Assembly (NCBI GenBank): GCA_051252135.1
Contig: JBPOGH010000017.1
Location: forward strand, 1-64,000
Origin: Verrucomicrobiaceae bacterium
GTDB taxonomy: Bacteria > Verrucomicrobiota > Verrucomicrobiia > Verrucomicrobiales > Akkermansiaceae
Length of the DNA: 64,000 bases
Direction: 5' to 3'
Part shown: positions 49,588 through 59,100 of the stretch, piece by piece
Layout: each line of letters opens with the position of its first letter
How positions within the stretch are numbered: the first letter of the stretch is position 1
Notes under the pieces: model-generated
Database searches by the model: none
Told to the model about the DNA's origin: nothing
Seen by the model: the letters and a program-made list of their open reading frames with translations, nothing else
Translations under genes and position numbers: made by a program

Positions 49588-50979
49588 GTGTTCACTCCCC
49601 CCGTGGCAGACTTCTCCTTCCAATCCCTCACCCTCCGCCAGGAAATCGGGGCCAATTCCTACGCCCTCACCCTCGGCGATGAAACCATCATCCTCGATGC
49701 CGGCATGCACCCCAAGGAGGAAGGGCCCGACGCCATCCCCCGCTTCCAGGAACTCCCCTTCGATTCCGCCTCCGCCATCGTCATCTCCCACTCCCACCTC
49801 GACCACATCGGCACCCTCCCCCTCGCCCAGCGCGATCACCCCTCCGCCCCCGTCTACCTCACCGCCGGATGCGCCGCCCTCGGCGATGCCCTCCTCCACA
49901 ACTCGGTCAACGTCATGTCCAGCCAACGCCTCGAGCTCGGCATCACCGACTACCCCCTCTTCCACCACCGCGAGCTCGACTACCTCCAGGACCAATGGAT
50001 GGTCCGCGACTACGAACGCCCTTTCCACCTCAACCCCGGAGATATCGACTCCACCCAGGTCACCTTCTTCGATGCCGGACACATCCTCGGCTCCGCAGGC
50101 ATCCTCTTCGAGCGGGCCGAAAAAACAATCTTCTACACCGGAGACGTCCACTTCTACGATCACTCCCTCATCAAGGGCGCCCGCTTTCCGGACCTCGAGA
50201 ACATCGACGTCATGATCATGGAAACCACCCGCGGAGTCGACGAGCGCCCCGGCGGAAACGTCCGCCCTCAGGAAGAAGCACGCCTCGCCGAACACATCCG
50301 CCGCACCCTCTCGGATGGCGGCTCCGTCCTCATCCCCGTCTTCGCCATCGGCAAAACCCAGGAGGTCCTCACCATGCTTGATAAGCTCAAGGACGAAGGT
50401 GAAATCCCCGAAAAAACACCCATCATCATCGGCGGCCTCTCCACCAAGATGACCCTCCTCTACGACTCCCTCGCCACCACCACCCGCCGCACCCGCCCCG
50501 GCTTCCAAATCCTCAAGGATATGGACGTCACCACCGGCAGCAAAAAACGCTCCCGTGCCCCCATCGCCTACAAGCCCGGTGTCATCTACTGCCTCTCCAG
50601 CGGCATGATGTCCGAAAAAACCGTCTCCAACGTCTTCGCTCGCGAGTTCATCTCCAACCCCAAAAACACCCTCCTCTTCGTCGGCTATGCCGATCCCGCC
50701 ACCCCCGCAGGCCTCATCAAGGAAGCCTCCACCGGCGACATCATCCGCCTCGACGGTTCCCACAAAATCCAGCTCAACTGCGTCGTCGATGACTTCGACT
50801 TCTCCGGCCACGCACACCGTGACCAACTCATCGACTTCGCCCTCAAAGTCCGCCCCAAAAAACTCCTCCTCGTCCACGGTGATCCCCCCGCCCTCGAGTG
50901 GTTCCGCCAGGAACTCTCCCAAAAACTCCCCGACACCGAAATCATCGTCCCCCGGCCGCAGCAAAAATACGCCCTCTAA
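49588..50979 (+). CDS. MBL-fold metallo-hydrolase, beta-CASP ribonuclease family
   Basis: SHSHLDHIG, AGHILGS, YTGD, METT, PVFAIGKTQE, FSGHA, LVHGD; start may be GTG 49603. Confidence 0.9.
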   Translation: MFTPPVADFSFQSLTLRQEIGANSYALTLGDETIILDAGMHPKEEGPDAIPRFQELPFDSASAIVISHSHLDHIGTLPLAQRDHPSAPVYLTAGCAALGDALLHNSVNVMSSQRLELGITDYPLFHHRELDYLQDQWMVRDYERPFHLNPGDIDSTQVTFFDAGHILGSAGILFERAEKTIFYTGDVHFYDHSLIKGARFPDLENIDVMIMETTRGVDERPGGNVRPQEEARLAEHIRRTLSDGGSVLIPVFAIGKTQEVLTMLDKLKDEGEIPEKTPIIIGGLSTKMTLLYDSLATTTRRTRPGFQILKDMDVTTGSKKRSRAPIAYKPGVIYCLSSGMMSEKTVSNVFAREFISNPKNTLLFVGYADPATPAGLIKEASTGDIIRLDGSHKIQLNCVVDDFDFSGHAHRDQLIDFALKVRPKKLLLVHGDPPALEWFRQELSQKLPDTEIIVPRPQQKYAL

Positions 50980-50986
50980 GCGCCCC

Positions 50987-51508
50987 CTATCCAGCGACCG
51001 AGACCCCGCCTTCCCTCAAGATGCGCTGAAACACCCCCTCATCCCCGGGATACACCATATGGGTTCCGTAGAGGAACAAATGACCCTGCTCATCCTCCTC
51101 TTTCCCATACCACGTGAAGCCAAGCCGCGTAAAAAATGCCGCGCTCCACTCCGTCGCCTGCAGAACAATCTGGCAGCCCTCAAGTCCCGGATTCACCGAC
51201 AAAAGACGCGCTAACATAATCGCCGTCCCATAACCCTTCCCACACTCATCCGGGTCAACAATCCCAAAAGTCAGGTGCGCTTGCACCCCAGAAGGACAAA
51301 CGGAAATCCCCCCGCCTCCGACGACCCGCCCATCAACCTCCGCCACCAAATAATCAACAGCCGGGTCCCGAATCGTTTCCGCGAACTCAGCAAAATAACC
51401 TTCCGGAAGCGCAACATTCTCATGGCTGAGATACATTCTTTCCAGCGCTGCATAATCACCCTCCGTGATCCGCCGCACATGACATCTCCCTGCTTTTGGC
51501 GACTTCAT
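50987..51508 (-). CDS. GNAT family N-acetyltransferase
   Basis: VDPDECGKGYGTAIM acetyl-CoA motif; FFTRLGF. Confidence 0.82.
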   Translation of the reverse strand: MKSPKAGRCHVRRITEGDYAALERMYLSHENVALPEGYFAEFAETIRDPAVDYLVAEVDGRVVGGGGISVCPSGVQAHLTFGIVDPDECGKGYGTAIMLARLLSVNPGLEGCQIVLQATEWSAAFFTRLGFTWYGKEEDEQGHLFLYGTHMVYPGDEGVFQRILREGGVSVAG

Positions 51509-51614
51509 TTCGCGATCCTACAATAACCCCTTCCCAATACCCAAGCCCCCTTAACGACACTTGGGATCCAAACCAAACTCAAGCCCCTTGGAACCCTTCC
51601 TCCGCGCCCCCACC

Positions 51615-52073
51615 CTACCTTCGGTTGAACTTCGCCACCTCACGCTGCGCCTCGCGCAACTCCGTCTTCTTCTTCAAATCATGACGCTGGTCGCTGTGGC
51701 TCTTCCCCTTTCCAAGCCCCAGTTTCACCTTCACCCGGCGTCCCTTGAAATACAGCTTCAGACAAATAATCGTAAACCCCTTCTGCTGGGTCGCCATCGC
51801 CATCTTGAGAATCTCGCTCTTGTGCAGGAGCAACTTGCGCGGCCTCTGTGAAGCATGCTGAAACCACTCCCCCGCCGTCTGCCACGGCTGAATATCGCAG
51901 CCATAGAGAAACGCCTGATTTCCCTCAATTCGGGCAAAGGCATCACCAATGTTCACCTTCCCCTCGCGGATCGACTTCACCTCCGTCCCGACCAACACCA
52001 GACCTGCTTCATAGGTGTCCCCTATGTTGTAGTCGCGCAGCGCGCGCTTGTTCGTGACAGAATCCTGAGCCAT
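51615..52073 (-). CDS. smpB: SsrA-binding protein
   Basis: NKRALRDY, EAGLVLVGTEVKSIR, RKLLLHKSEI, GKGK..DQR. Confidence 0.97.
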   Translation of the reverse strand: MAQDSVTNKRALRDYNIGDTYEAGLVLVGTEVKSIREGKVNIGDAFARIEGNQAFLYGCDIQPWQTAGEWFQHASQRPRKLLLHKSEILKMAMATQQKGFTIICLKLYFKGRRVKVKLGLGKGKSHSDQRHDLKKKTELREAQREVAKFNRR

Positions 52074-52155
52074 GGCGGTGAAAGGAACCTACACGAAGAA
52101 AAAAGGCCTGTGCGAAAAAAATGAGGCCTGTGCGGAGAAAATAGAGCGGTGAACC

Positions 52156-52422
52156 CTAATCTTCCACTTCCCGAAGCTTGATCTTGCCCTCAATGATTTC
52201 CATCAGCGCAATGTCCGCAAACCCGGTGCTCGGAAGAGCATTCACCAGCGGAGAACGCCCGGTGTTGAGCTGCTCGACCCTTTTGGAGACAAGATTGATC
52301 AGAACGAGAGGATCGCTGACAATTTCTGAGGCCTTTTCGACAAGATCGTTTTTCATGGTAGATGCGCTGGGTCGAGGGGCTGGAGCGGGTGCCTCAAAAG
52401 GGATAATATTATCGGCATCCAT
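52156..52422 (-). CDS. rpoZ: DNA-directed RNA polymerase subunit omega
   Basis: LINLVSKRVEQL...IALMEIIEGKI; real start may be ATG 52356 (MKNDLVEKA). Confidence 0.8.
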   Translation of the reverse strand: MDADNIIPFEAPAPAPRPSASTMKNDLVEKASEIVSDPLVLINLVSKRVEQLNTGRSPLVNALPSTGFADIALMEIIEGKIKLREVED

Positions 52423-52568
52423 GGGTTCCTCGGATTTCCCGCAAGTGAAAAGCCACCTGCGGAGGGGTGTGGAAACCAGAAATCACCCTCACTGACAAGC
52501 GCAAAACCTATTGCAGCCGTGCTTCTTGTCAGAAAAGGGTGATTTTCTCTCTTCTCGGCTGGTATCGC

Positions 52569-54605
52569 TTAAAATTCGACCCCAACCCGAACTCCCACCA
52601 TTCCCGGATCACCCGGCGCTCCGGCACTGATTTGCGGATTCATGAACGAGTAATATCCCTCGTCCAAAATGTTGCGGCCAAAGACCACCGCATTCCAATT
52701 CTCCGCCTCATACCCGATCTCCGCATCCACCAGCTGATAGCTCGACTGCTCAAACTGCGGACTCTCGAAATCGTCGAACTGCGTCGATCCCACCACCCGC
52801 AATGCCGAGGAAACGTAGAACCCGTTCCCGATATCGTAACGGAATCCCAAACTCGCCGTCAGCTCCGGAATGAATGGCACCCGGTTCCCGCTCAGGTTCG
52901 TTGGTCCGTCGATGAAACGCTCAAACTCCACCTGACTCCAGCCAGCCGAAGCATTGATCGTCAAATTCTCAACCGGACGCCAGTTCGCCTCCGCTTCGAT
53001 TCCCACCGCGTGCACTTCCTCCGCATTCAAAACGATGAAGTTCCCCGTCGGAGTCGAACGATTCAGCTGATAGTCGTCGATCTTCTTAAAGTACCCCCGC
53101 AACTCAAGGTCCCAGTTCTCATCCGGGCAGTCGATACGCACTCCCACCTCGGTCTCCCAGGCAGTCTCTTCACCGAAACCGAAGGTCGCCGGATCATCGG
53201 AAAACGCCGTGTAACCTGCCGGCTTGATCCCCAATGAAGTCCGCGCAAAGAGCGTCGTCGCATCGGTCGCCTTGTAACTCAGCCCAAGCGTTGGTGAGAA
53301 ATACCAGTCGTCGGCCTGCCCCGTAAATGGCAACGCGACCACCGCTGGATTAGCCCTCATCATCTCAGAATCAACGTGCTCCAACCGCCCGCCCAGCTCC
53401 CAGCTCAGACGGTCCGTCTGATCCCAAGCCACCGTCCCGTAGAGGGCCAGCGTATCCCGCTTCGAATCGAATGAAGTCGTGGAAGTGAAGCGATCGAAAG
53501 GAGCGGGAAAACCCGTAGGCACCACCCGCGTTGCATCCCCATCGCTCTCATTCCGTGATAAGAATAAGCCCGTCTGCCAGCGCAATGCCGCATCGGCATC
53601 CGACTCCAGCCGAAACTCCTGCGTGAAATAATCCTGATTCTGACGAATGTCCGAACTCGAAAACGCCCCCGGAATCGAACTGAAATCAAGGTCCGTCAAA
53701 TTGGGACCCAACTCCCACTGCTGCACCGAGCTGATCGACTTCAACGTCGCCCAACCCAAATCCTGCGTCACATGGAAGGAGAACTGATACCGGTCCATTC
53801 CCGTCGCTCCGGGAATGTCACTCGCCACCTGAAACGGACTCTGGGGCAAAAATCCACCCACGCCAAACGGCCCCGGCAAGCCCGGCAAGTTCGTCAGCCG
53901 CTGCCCCCCGTCACGCGCCGTCTCCACCATCGCCCGGAAACGAAGCTCCAGATCAGCCGATGGACGGTAATAAAGATTCGCCAACGCTCCAAAACGCTCA
54001 CGGTAATCCACATCCTGCCCCGTCACCACGTTGCCGATGTAACCTTCCCGTTCGTTGTAATACGTCTGGAAGGTGTAGGAAAGTTGCTCGCTCAACGGCC
54101 CACTCGCCAGAAAGCGCAGCGCCGTGTGCTCATAGCTGCCATACTCGGCCGTGAACTTGTAATAAGCCTCATCAGTCGGACCCGCCGTATTCAGCTCCAG
54201 CAATCCGCCCGCTCCGTTGCGACCAAAGTAAGCTCCCTGGGGACCACGATGCACCTGCGCCGATTGCAGGTCAAAAAAGTCGGTCGAATAAGTGTAAACA
54301 TCCCCGTAAGGCACATCATCCACCACCATCGCCACACCCGCCGGGCCAAAGAACGCCGTGTTCGCCGTTCCCCGGATCGCCAGCGTGTCACCATATCCGG
54401 CCGAATCACTCGCCACCGAACCAAAGCCCGGCACCTGACCCAGCAGACGCTTCACTCCATCCGTTTGGAAGATTTCCAGCTCCTCGGCGGTAAGACCCTC
54501 CGGCGCTTCACTTTTCTCGCCCACTACCGTAAGAGGGGCCAACGAATCCTGCCCGGAGGCCGTCACACAAATTGCAGCCGTCAGGCTAAAACCAATCTTT
54601 TTCAT
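52569..54605 (-). CDS. TonB-dependent receptor
   Basis: Plug (LAIRG, VHRGPQGAYFGRNGAGG), beta-barrel, GRNILDEGY, terminal Phe. Confidence 0.92.
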   Translation of the reverse strand: MKKIGFSLTAAICVTASGQDSLAPLTVVGEKSEAPEGLTAEELEIFQTDGVKRLLGQVPGFGSVASDSAGYGDTLAIRGTANTAFFGPAGVAMVVDDVPYGDVYTYSTDFFDLQSAQVHRGPQGAYFGRNGAGGLLELNTAGPTDEAYYKFTAEYGSYEHTALRFLASGPLSEQLSYTFQTYYNEREGYIGNVVTGQDVDYRERFGALANLYYRPSADLELRFRAMVETARDGGQRLTNLPGLPGPFGVGGFLPQSPFQVASDIPGATGMDRYQFSFHVTQDLGWATLKSISSVQQWELGPNLTDLDFSSIPGAFSSSDIRQNQDYFTQEFRLESDADAALRWQTGLFLSRNESDGDATRVVPTGFPAPFDRFTSTTSFDSKRDTLALYGTVAWDQTDRLSWELGGRLEHVDSEMMRANPAVVALPFTGQADDWYFSPTLGLSYKATDATTLFARTSLGIKPAGYTAFSDDPATFGFGEETAWETEVGVRIDCPDENWDLELRGYFKKIDDYQLNRSTPTGNFIVLNAEEVHAVGIEAEANWRPVENLTINASAGWSQVEFERFIDGPTNLSGNRVPFIPELTASLGFRYDIGNGFYVSSALRVVGSTQFDDFESPQFEQSSYQLVDAEIGYEAENWNAVVFGRNILDEGYYSFMNPQISAGAPGDPGMVGVRVGVEF

Positions 54606-54649
54606 ATAAATTCAGCCCAAAGCTGACCAACCTTTACCATCCGTCAATC

Positions 54650-55849
54650 ATGAACCTTCCAACATTTTCACCCTTATTGCTCCCCGCTGCCATCCTCCTC
54701 ACCAGCTGCTGCGATAACGATCTCTACCCCGTCGCCCTGAAGGACAAGGAACCCCCAAAACCTCCGGCAAAAGTCGAGGCCGGAACCGTCACCATCCTCC
54801 CCGGCGACCGCCCCGACGGCAACCCCACCTTCCTCCCCGTCACCAAAAAGATCCACGCTCTCGTCAAAGAGCCCGATGCCGGAGACATGCAGCCCTACAC
54901 CGAGACCGTCCCCCTCTCAAAGGGCGCCACCTTCGACCTCATCCCCATCCCCGGCGGTGAATTCACCCTCGGCTCCCCCGATTCCGAGGCCGACCGCAAC
55001 ACCGACGAAGGCCCCCAAAAAACCATCAAAATCGAACCCTTCTGGATGGCCAAAACCGAAACCACCTGGGCCCTCTACCAGGCCTTCATGGAAAATGGCA
55101 AATCCCGGAACAAGGACGGCTCGCTCAACCTCGATGGCGACATCTACTCCCCCGACCCACCACTCGCCAGCGCCCCCGAGACCATCGACGCCATCTCCCA
55201 ACCCACCCCGCCCTACATGCCCATGCACTTCGACATGGCCAGCAGCGCCGGTTACCGTGGTGACCTCCCCGCCATCGCCGCCACCCAACACTCCGCCTCC
55301 AAATTCTGCGAATGGCTCACCGCCCAGACCGGCCACTACTACCGCCTCCCCACCGAGGCCGAATGGGAATACGCCTGCCGCGCCGGCACCACCACCGCCT
55401 ACTCCTTCGGCGATGACCCCGCCCAACTCGGCGACTACGCCTGGTTCTTCGAAAACTCCGATGCCGAATACCACCCCGTCGCCCAAAAGAAGCCCAACCC
55501 CTGGGGCCTCTACGACATGCACGGCAACGTCGCCGAATGGACCCTCGACTCCTACCGCGCCGACTACTCCGCCCACCCCGCCGGAGCCCGCAACCCCCTC
55601 TCCCTCTCCCCCATGCGCTACCCCCGCGTCACCCGTGGCGGCCACTGGGATGCCGACCCGCAGGACCTCCGCTCCGCCGCCCGCCTCCCCTCCGCCCCCT
55701 CCTGGAAAATGACCGACCCCCAAATCCCAAAATCCCTCTGGTACCACACCGATACCCCCTGGCTCGGCTTCCGCATCATCCGTCCCCTCAAAGTTCCCTC
55801 CCTCGAAGAAATGCACCTCCTCTGGAACACCGGCCCCGGAAAGTTGTAA
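54650..55849 (+). CDS. Formylglycine-generating enzyme (SUMF1/FGE-sulfatase) domain lipoprotein
   Basis: Lipobox LTSC; IPGGEFTLGS, RLPTEAEWEYACRAG, PNPWGLYDMHGNVAEW, LGFR. Confidence 0.9.
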   Translation: MNLPTFSPLLLPAAILLTSCCDNDLYPVALKDKEPPKPPAKVEAGTVTILPGDRPDGNPTFLPVTKKIHALVKEPDAGDMQPYTETVPLSKGATFDLIPIPGGEFTLGSPDSEADRNTDEGPQKTIKIEPFWMAKTETTWALYQAFMENGKSRNKDGSLNLDGDIYSPDPPLASAPETIDAISQPTPPYMPMHFDMASSAGYRGDLPAIAATQHSASKFCEWLTAQTGHYYRLPTEAEWEYACRAGTTTAYSFGDDPAQLGDYAWFFENSDAEYHPVAQKKPNPWGLYDMHGNVAEWTLDSYRADYSAHPAGARNPLSLSPMRYPRVTRGGHWDADPQDLRSAARLPSAPSWKMTDPQIPKSLWYHTDTPWLGFRIIRPLKVPSLEEMHLLWNTGPGKL

Positions 55850-55865
55850 ACCGCAGCCAACACGC

Positions 55866-56081
55866 CTAGGGAAGCGCTGATGAAAGAGGGAGTTCGCTGC
55901 TGCAAGTCATTTTGCAGTCTGGCAAGGCGCGAAGGGCGACGCTGATGATCAGCGGCTCCCTGAGCAACGCCGCCAGACTTCAAAAGGGCTGCAGCTCCTG
56001 CCACCTCGGAAGCGACGCTTCCCTGGCTAAAAATCCATGAATCCTTTCAGCGTGCTTCATCTTTCATCAGTATTTCGCTAG
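55866..56081 (+). mobile_element. MITE, 216 bp including flanking CTAG duplications
   Basis: Ends ctagggaagcgctgatgaaaga / tctttcatcagtatttcgctag are imperfect inverted repeats; no ORF; partial second copy at 18970. Confidence 0.85.
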
Positions 56082-56090
56082 CGTCCCCCT

Positions 56091-57851
56091 GTGCGCACCC
56101 TCATCCTCATCCTCGGCATCGGGACCGCCTACGTCCTCGTCAAAGGGTGGCCCGCACACTGGGACATCATCCTGCGCTCCTCCCTCGCCGTCTTCACCCT
56201 CACCCTCGGCATCGCCTTTTGGGGAAAACGGCCACCCGATAACTCAAAGCAAGCCGCTCCCGATCGCCCCCCGCGCTGGCTTGACTTCGCCGCCATCGCC
56301 ACCGCCCTCCTCATCGTCGAGGCCGCCTTCCTCTTCTTCTTCGCCACCGTCCCGCCCGCCGCCGAGAACCTCGCGGAATCCCTCGACCGCACCCTCCACC
56401 CCGGAGCCTACCAGGGACCCCAAATCCACGCCCCGGAACAAGATTCCGACGGAAATGGCGACTTCGCCAGCTCCGGCAACTGGCTCTGGCAGGACAGCGG
56501 CCAACGCCAACTCGGCAGCGTCGGCGCCATCAAACCCTCCAACCGCCCCGAGGTCTACCTCTGGCCCGACTCCCCCGCCGACCTCCAACAACTCGAAACC
56601 CGGGACATCTACCTCCGCACCTTCACCCTCGGCAGCTACCAAAACGCCACCTGGCGCTCCCTCCCCATCTCCCCCCAATCCTTCGCCCCCCAACAAGGCC
56701 TCATCACCCTCTCCCCCCCCTCCCCCGCCTCCATCAACTACCGCATCTCCCACGGCCCCAACGCCCAGGGACAAAGCCTCGCCGTCTCCATCCCCACCCT
56801 CCAATCCATCACGTCACCCTCCCTCCGCCTCATCGCACCCCATACCTACCGCCTCCCCCCACTCGCCCCAGAGGCCACCGCCTACGAGTATCAAGCCGCC
56901 TCAAACCCCGTATTCTTCGACCCCGCGCAACACCTCCCCGCCACCATCGCCCGCCCCGAATACCGCACCCTCCCCGCTCAACCCGACCTCCTCAACGCCC
57001 TCACCCCGATCTCCAGCGCCACCTCCGGCACCCCCTCCGCTAGACTTGCTCAAATGCGACAAATCCTCGCCGAAAACTTCCGCTACTCACTCAAACCCGG
57101 CCTCGATCCCAACTCCGACCCCCTCCTCCAGTTCCTCACCCGCCAGCGCGACGGCTACTGCGAGCACTTCGCCACCGCCGCCGCCCTCCTCGCCCGCCAA
57201 ATCGGATTCCCCTCACGCATCGCCTACGGATGGTCCGGCGGACGCTACTACGAGACCCCGGACGTCTTCGTCTTCCGCGCCAAGGAAGCCCACGCCTGGA
57301 CCGAGGTCAAAGTCGAAGGCCTCGGCTGGGTCATCCTCGAAACCACCCCCGCCTCCCGCACCGAGGGCATCGCCAGCAACGCCGACCCCAACGAAAAATC
57401 CCCCCTCGATGGCGACCCCTTCGTTTATGAGGAAGAAGCCGATCTCGCCGCCGCCGCCCTCGCCCGGCTCAAAACCACCTCCCTCTCCCTCGCCGGCGCC
57501 GGACTCATCGCCCTCCTCATCATCCTCATCGCCCGCCACCCCGCCTCCCGGAAGGAACAACCCCTCCACCGCTCCGGCCTCCTCCCCCCCACCCGCTCCT
57601 ACCTCCTCACCTTCCGCCAGGCCTGCGCCCACCTCGGCCACCCCATGCCCACCGGCACCACCCTCCGGAACCACCTCATCCACCTCCGCAAAGAAGGCCT
57701 CGCCCCACCCTTCGCCGACGAACTCCTCCAATACCACTACCACACCACCTACCGGGACCGACCCACCCAAAAATCCTCCGAAAAACGACTCACCGGCCTT
57801 CTCAAAAACTGGATGCACAAAACCAAAGCCAAACCCCAAACAGATACTTAA
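56091..57851 (+). CDS. Transglutaminase-like domain membrane protein (TgpA-like)
   Basis: N-terminal TMs; GYCEHFATA, AHAWTEV, GWVILETTP (third triad residue Glu rather than Asp). Confidence 0.85.
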   Translation: MRTLILILGIGTAYVLVKGWPAHWDIILRSSLAVFTLTLGIAFWGKRPPDNSKQAAPDRPPRWLDFAAIATALLIVEAAFLFFFATVPPAAENLAESLDRTLHPGAYQGPQIHAPEQDSDGNGDFASSGNWLWQDSGQRQLGSVGAIKPSNRPEVYLWPDSPADLQQLETRDIYLRTFTLGSYQNATWRSLPISPQSFAPQQGLITLSPPSPASINYRISHGPNAQGQSLAVSIPTLQSITSPSLRLIAPHTYRLPPLAPEATAYEYQAASNPVFFDPAQHLPATIARPEYRTLPAQPDLLNALTPISSATSGTPSARLAQMRQILAENFRYSLKPGLDPNSDPLLQFLTRQRDGYCEHFATAAALLARQIGFPSRIAYGWSGGRYYETPDVFVFRAKEAHAWTEVKVEGLGWVILETTPASRTEGIASNADPNEKSPLDGDPFVYEEEADLAAAALARLKTTSLSLAGAGLIALLIILIARHPASRKEQPLHRSGLLPPTRSYLLTFRQACAHLGHPMPTGTTLRNHLIHLRKEGLAPPFADELLQYHYHTTYRDRPTQKSSEKRLTGLLKNWMHKTKAKPQTDT

Positions 57852-57931
57852 CTTCTGTTTACTAAAAAACCCGCATTTCCGGGGCGAAAATTCCTTGCAA
57901 TCGCATCCGCCCTGACTAGCTTCGCCGCCCT

Positions 57932-58141
57932 ATGGCCCGCACCGCAGGCAAATCCAAAACCAGATCGTCCGTCGCCAAGCGCTTTAAAGTGACTGGCACC
58001 GGGAAGATTCTGCGTCGTAAGCAAGGCAAACGCCACATCCTCCAAAAGAAGTCCCGGAAACGGAAACGCTTCCTCGGAAAGGCTGCCCTTGTATCCTCCG
58101 CAGACATCAAAGCAGTGAAGAAGAACCTTCTTCTCCGCTAA
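57932..58141 (+). CDS. rpmI: 50S ribosomal protein L35
   Basis: [26 protein letters not shown]. Confidence 0.97.
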   Translation: MARTAGKSKTRSSVAKRFKVTGTGKILRRKQGKRHILQKKSRKRKRFLGKAALVSSADIKAVKKNLLLR

Positions 58142-58273
58142 ACCCAACAGACGAAGAACTCACCCGCCAAACGGGTGACCTCCCAGCAGCCTGTCCCTCC
58201 GGGGAACATACGAACGAGTGAGACTGCAGGAGTGAATATCGAAAACCAACGACCCGTTCACCAAGACTAGAAA

Positions 58274-58642
58274 ATGCCAAGAGCAACCAACAGTCCGGCC
58301 AGCCGGAAACGCCGGAAACGCGTTCTTTTACGCGCCAAAGGCTTCCGCGGCTTCCGTTCGAAGCTTTACCGCTACGCAAAGGATGCCGTTTACAAGGCCC
58401 GTCAATACGAATACCGCGACCGCAAAAAGCGTAAAGGTCAGTTCCGCCGTCTCTGGATCCAGCGTATCTCCGCTGCCGTCCGTGCCGAGGACCTCACCTA
58501 CTCACGCTTCATCGAAGGCCTCAAGGCTGCCCAGATCGATCTCGATCGCAAGGTCCTCGCAGACCTCGCCGTGACCGACCCCGCAGCACTGTCCGCCATC
58601 ATCGCACAGGCCAAAGCCGCTCTCGATAAGAAAGCCGCCTAA
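58274..58642 (+). CDS. rplT: 50S ribosomal protein L20
   Basis: AKGFRG, YRDRKKRKGQFRRLWIQRISA, YSRFIEGLK, LDRKVLADLA. Confidence 0.98.
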   Translation: MPRATNSPASRKRRKRVLLRAKGFRGFRSKLYRYAKDAVYKARQYEYRDRKKRKGQFRRLWIQRISAAVRAEDLTYSRFIEGLKAAQIDLDRKVLADLAVTDPAALSAIIAQAKAALDKKAA

Positions 58643-58669
58643 GCCCAACGTTTCGCGATAGAAACTCTC

Positions 58670-58702
58670 ATGGCCGCCTCCCTCACGGGATGCGGCCATT
58701 TT
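58670..58702 (+). terminator. Intrinsic terminator after rplT
   Basis: atggccgc-ctccc-tcac-ggga-t-gcggccat followed by T-run. Confidence 0.75.
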
Positions 58703-58754
58703 CGTATCATCCGCTTCCGCATTCTTCGTCTTGCATGAAAAATCGTGGGGCTTA

Positions 58755-59082
58755 GCACCTCGACCGGGCAATTACGCCGCCATTGCTGAAAAGCGCCCGA
58801 CTTCTTCGTCACACTCGCACAGCGCACTATCCAACCCTTCAATAAATTCATTTGTCTCTTTTGAAACTCGGAGTGGTATTATACCAAGTAGAGTTTCAAA
58901 AGAGCCAAATGCCGGAACGATTTTCTGGAATGGCAAGGCATGACGAGCGAGTGGTGCGGGCACCACGACCGAGGAACGACGCCGCTATTGCTGAAAAGCG
59001 CCCGGCTTCTTCCCCAAATCGCGCAGCGCACTTCTCAAACCTTTTAAAACTCATTTGGCTCTTTTGAAACTCGGAGTGGTAT
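58755..59082 (+). mobile_element. Tandem MITE: partial copy 58755-58879 plus complete ~200-bp copy 58881-59082
   Basis: TIRs atacca....gagtttcaaaagagccaaatg / catttggctcttttgaaactc....tggtat; ~125-bp direct repeat offset ~205 bp. Confidence 0.8.
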
Positions 59083-59100
59083 TATACTTCCCTCAAACCC

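Noticed and set aside
51509..52155. tmRNA (ssrA) beside smpB
   Set aside because: Flanking gaps are only ~80-105 bp with no tRNA-like ends; there is only a short aggcctgtgcg duplication at ~52104-52134
54650..55849. True formylglycine-generating enzyme maturing the nearby sulfatase
   Set aside because: The core reads RGGHW without the catalytic Cys pair of aerobic FGE, and it is a lipoprotein; only the domain call is kept
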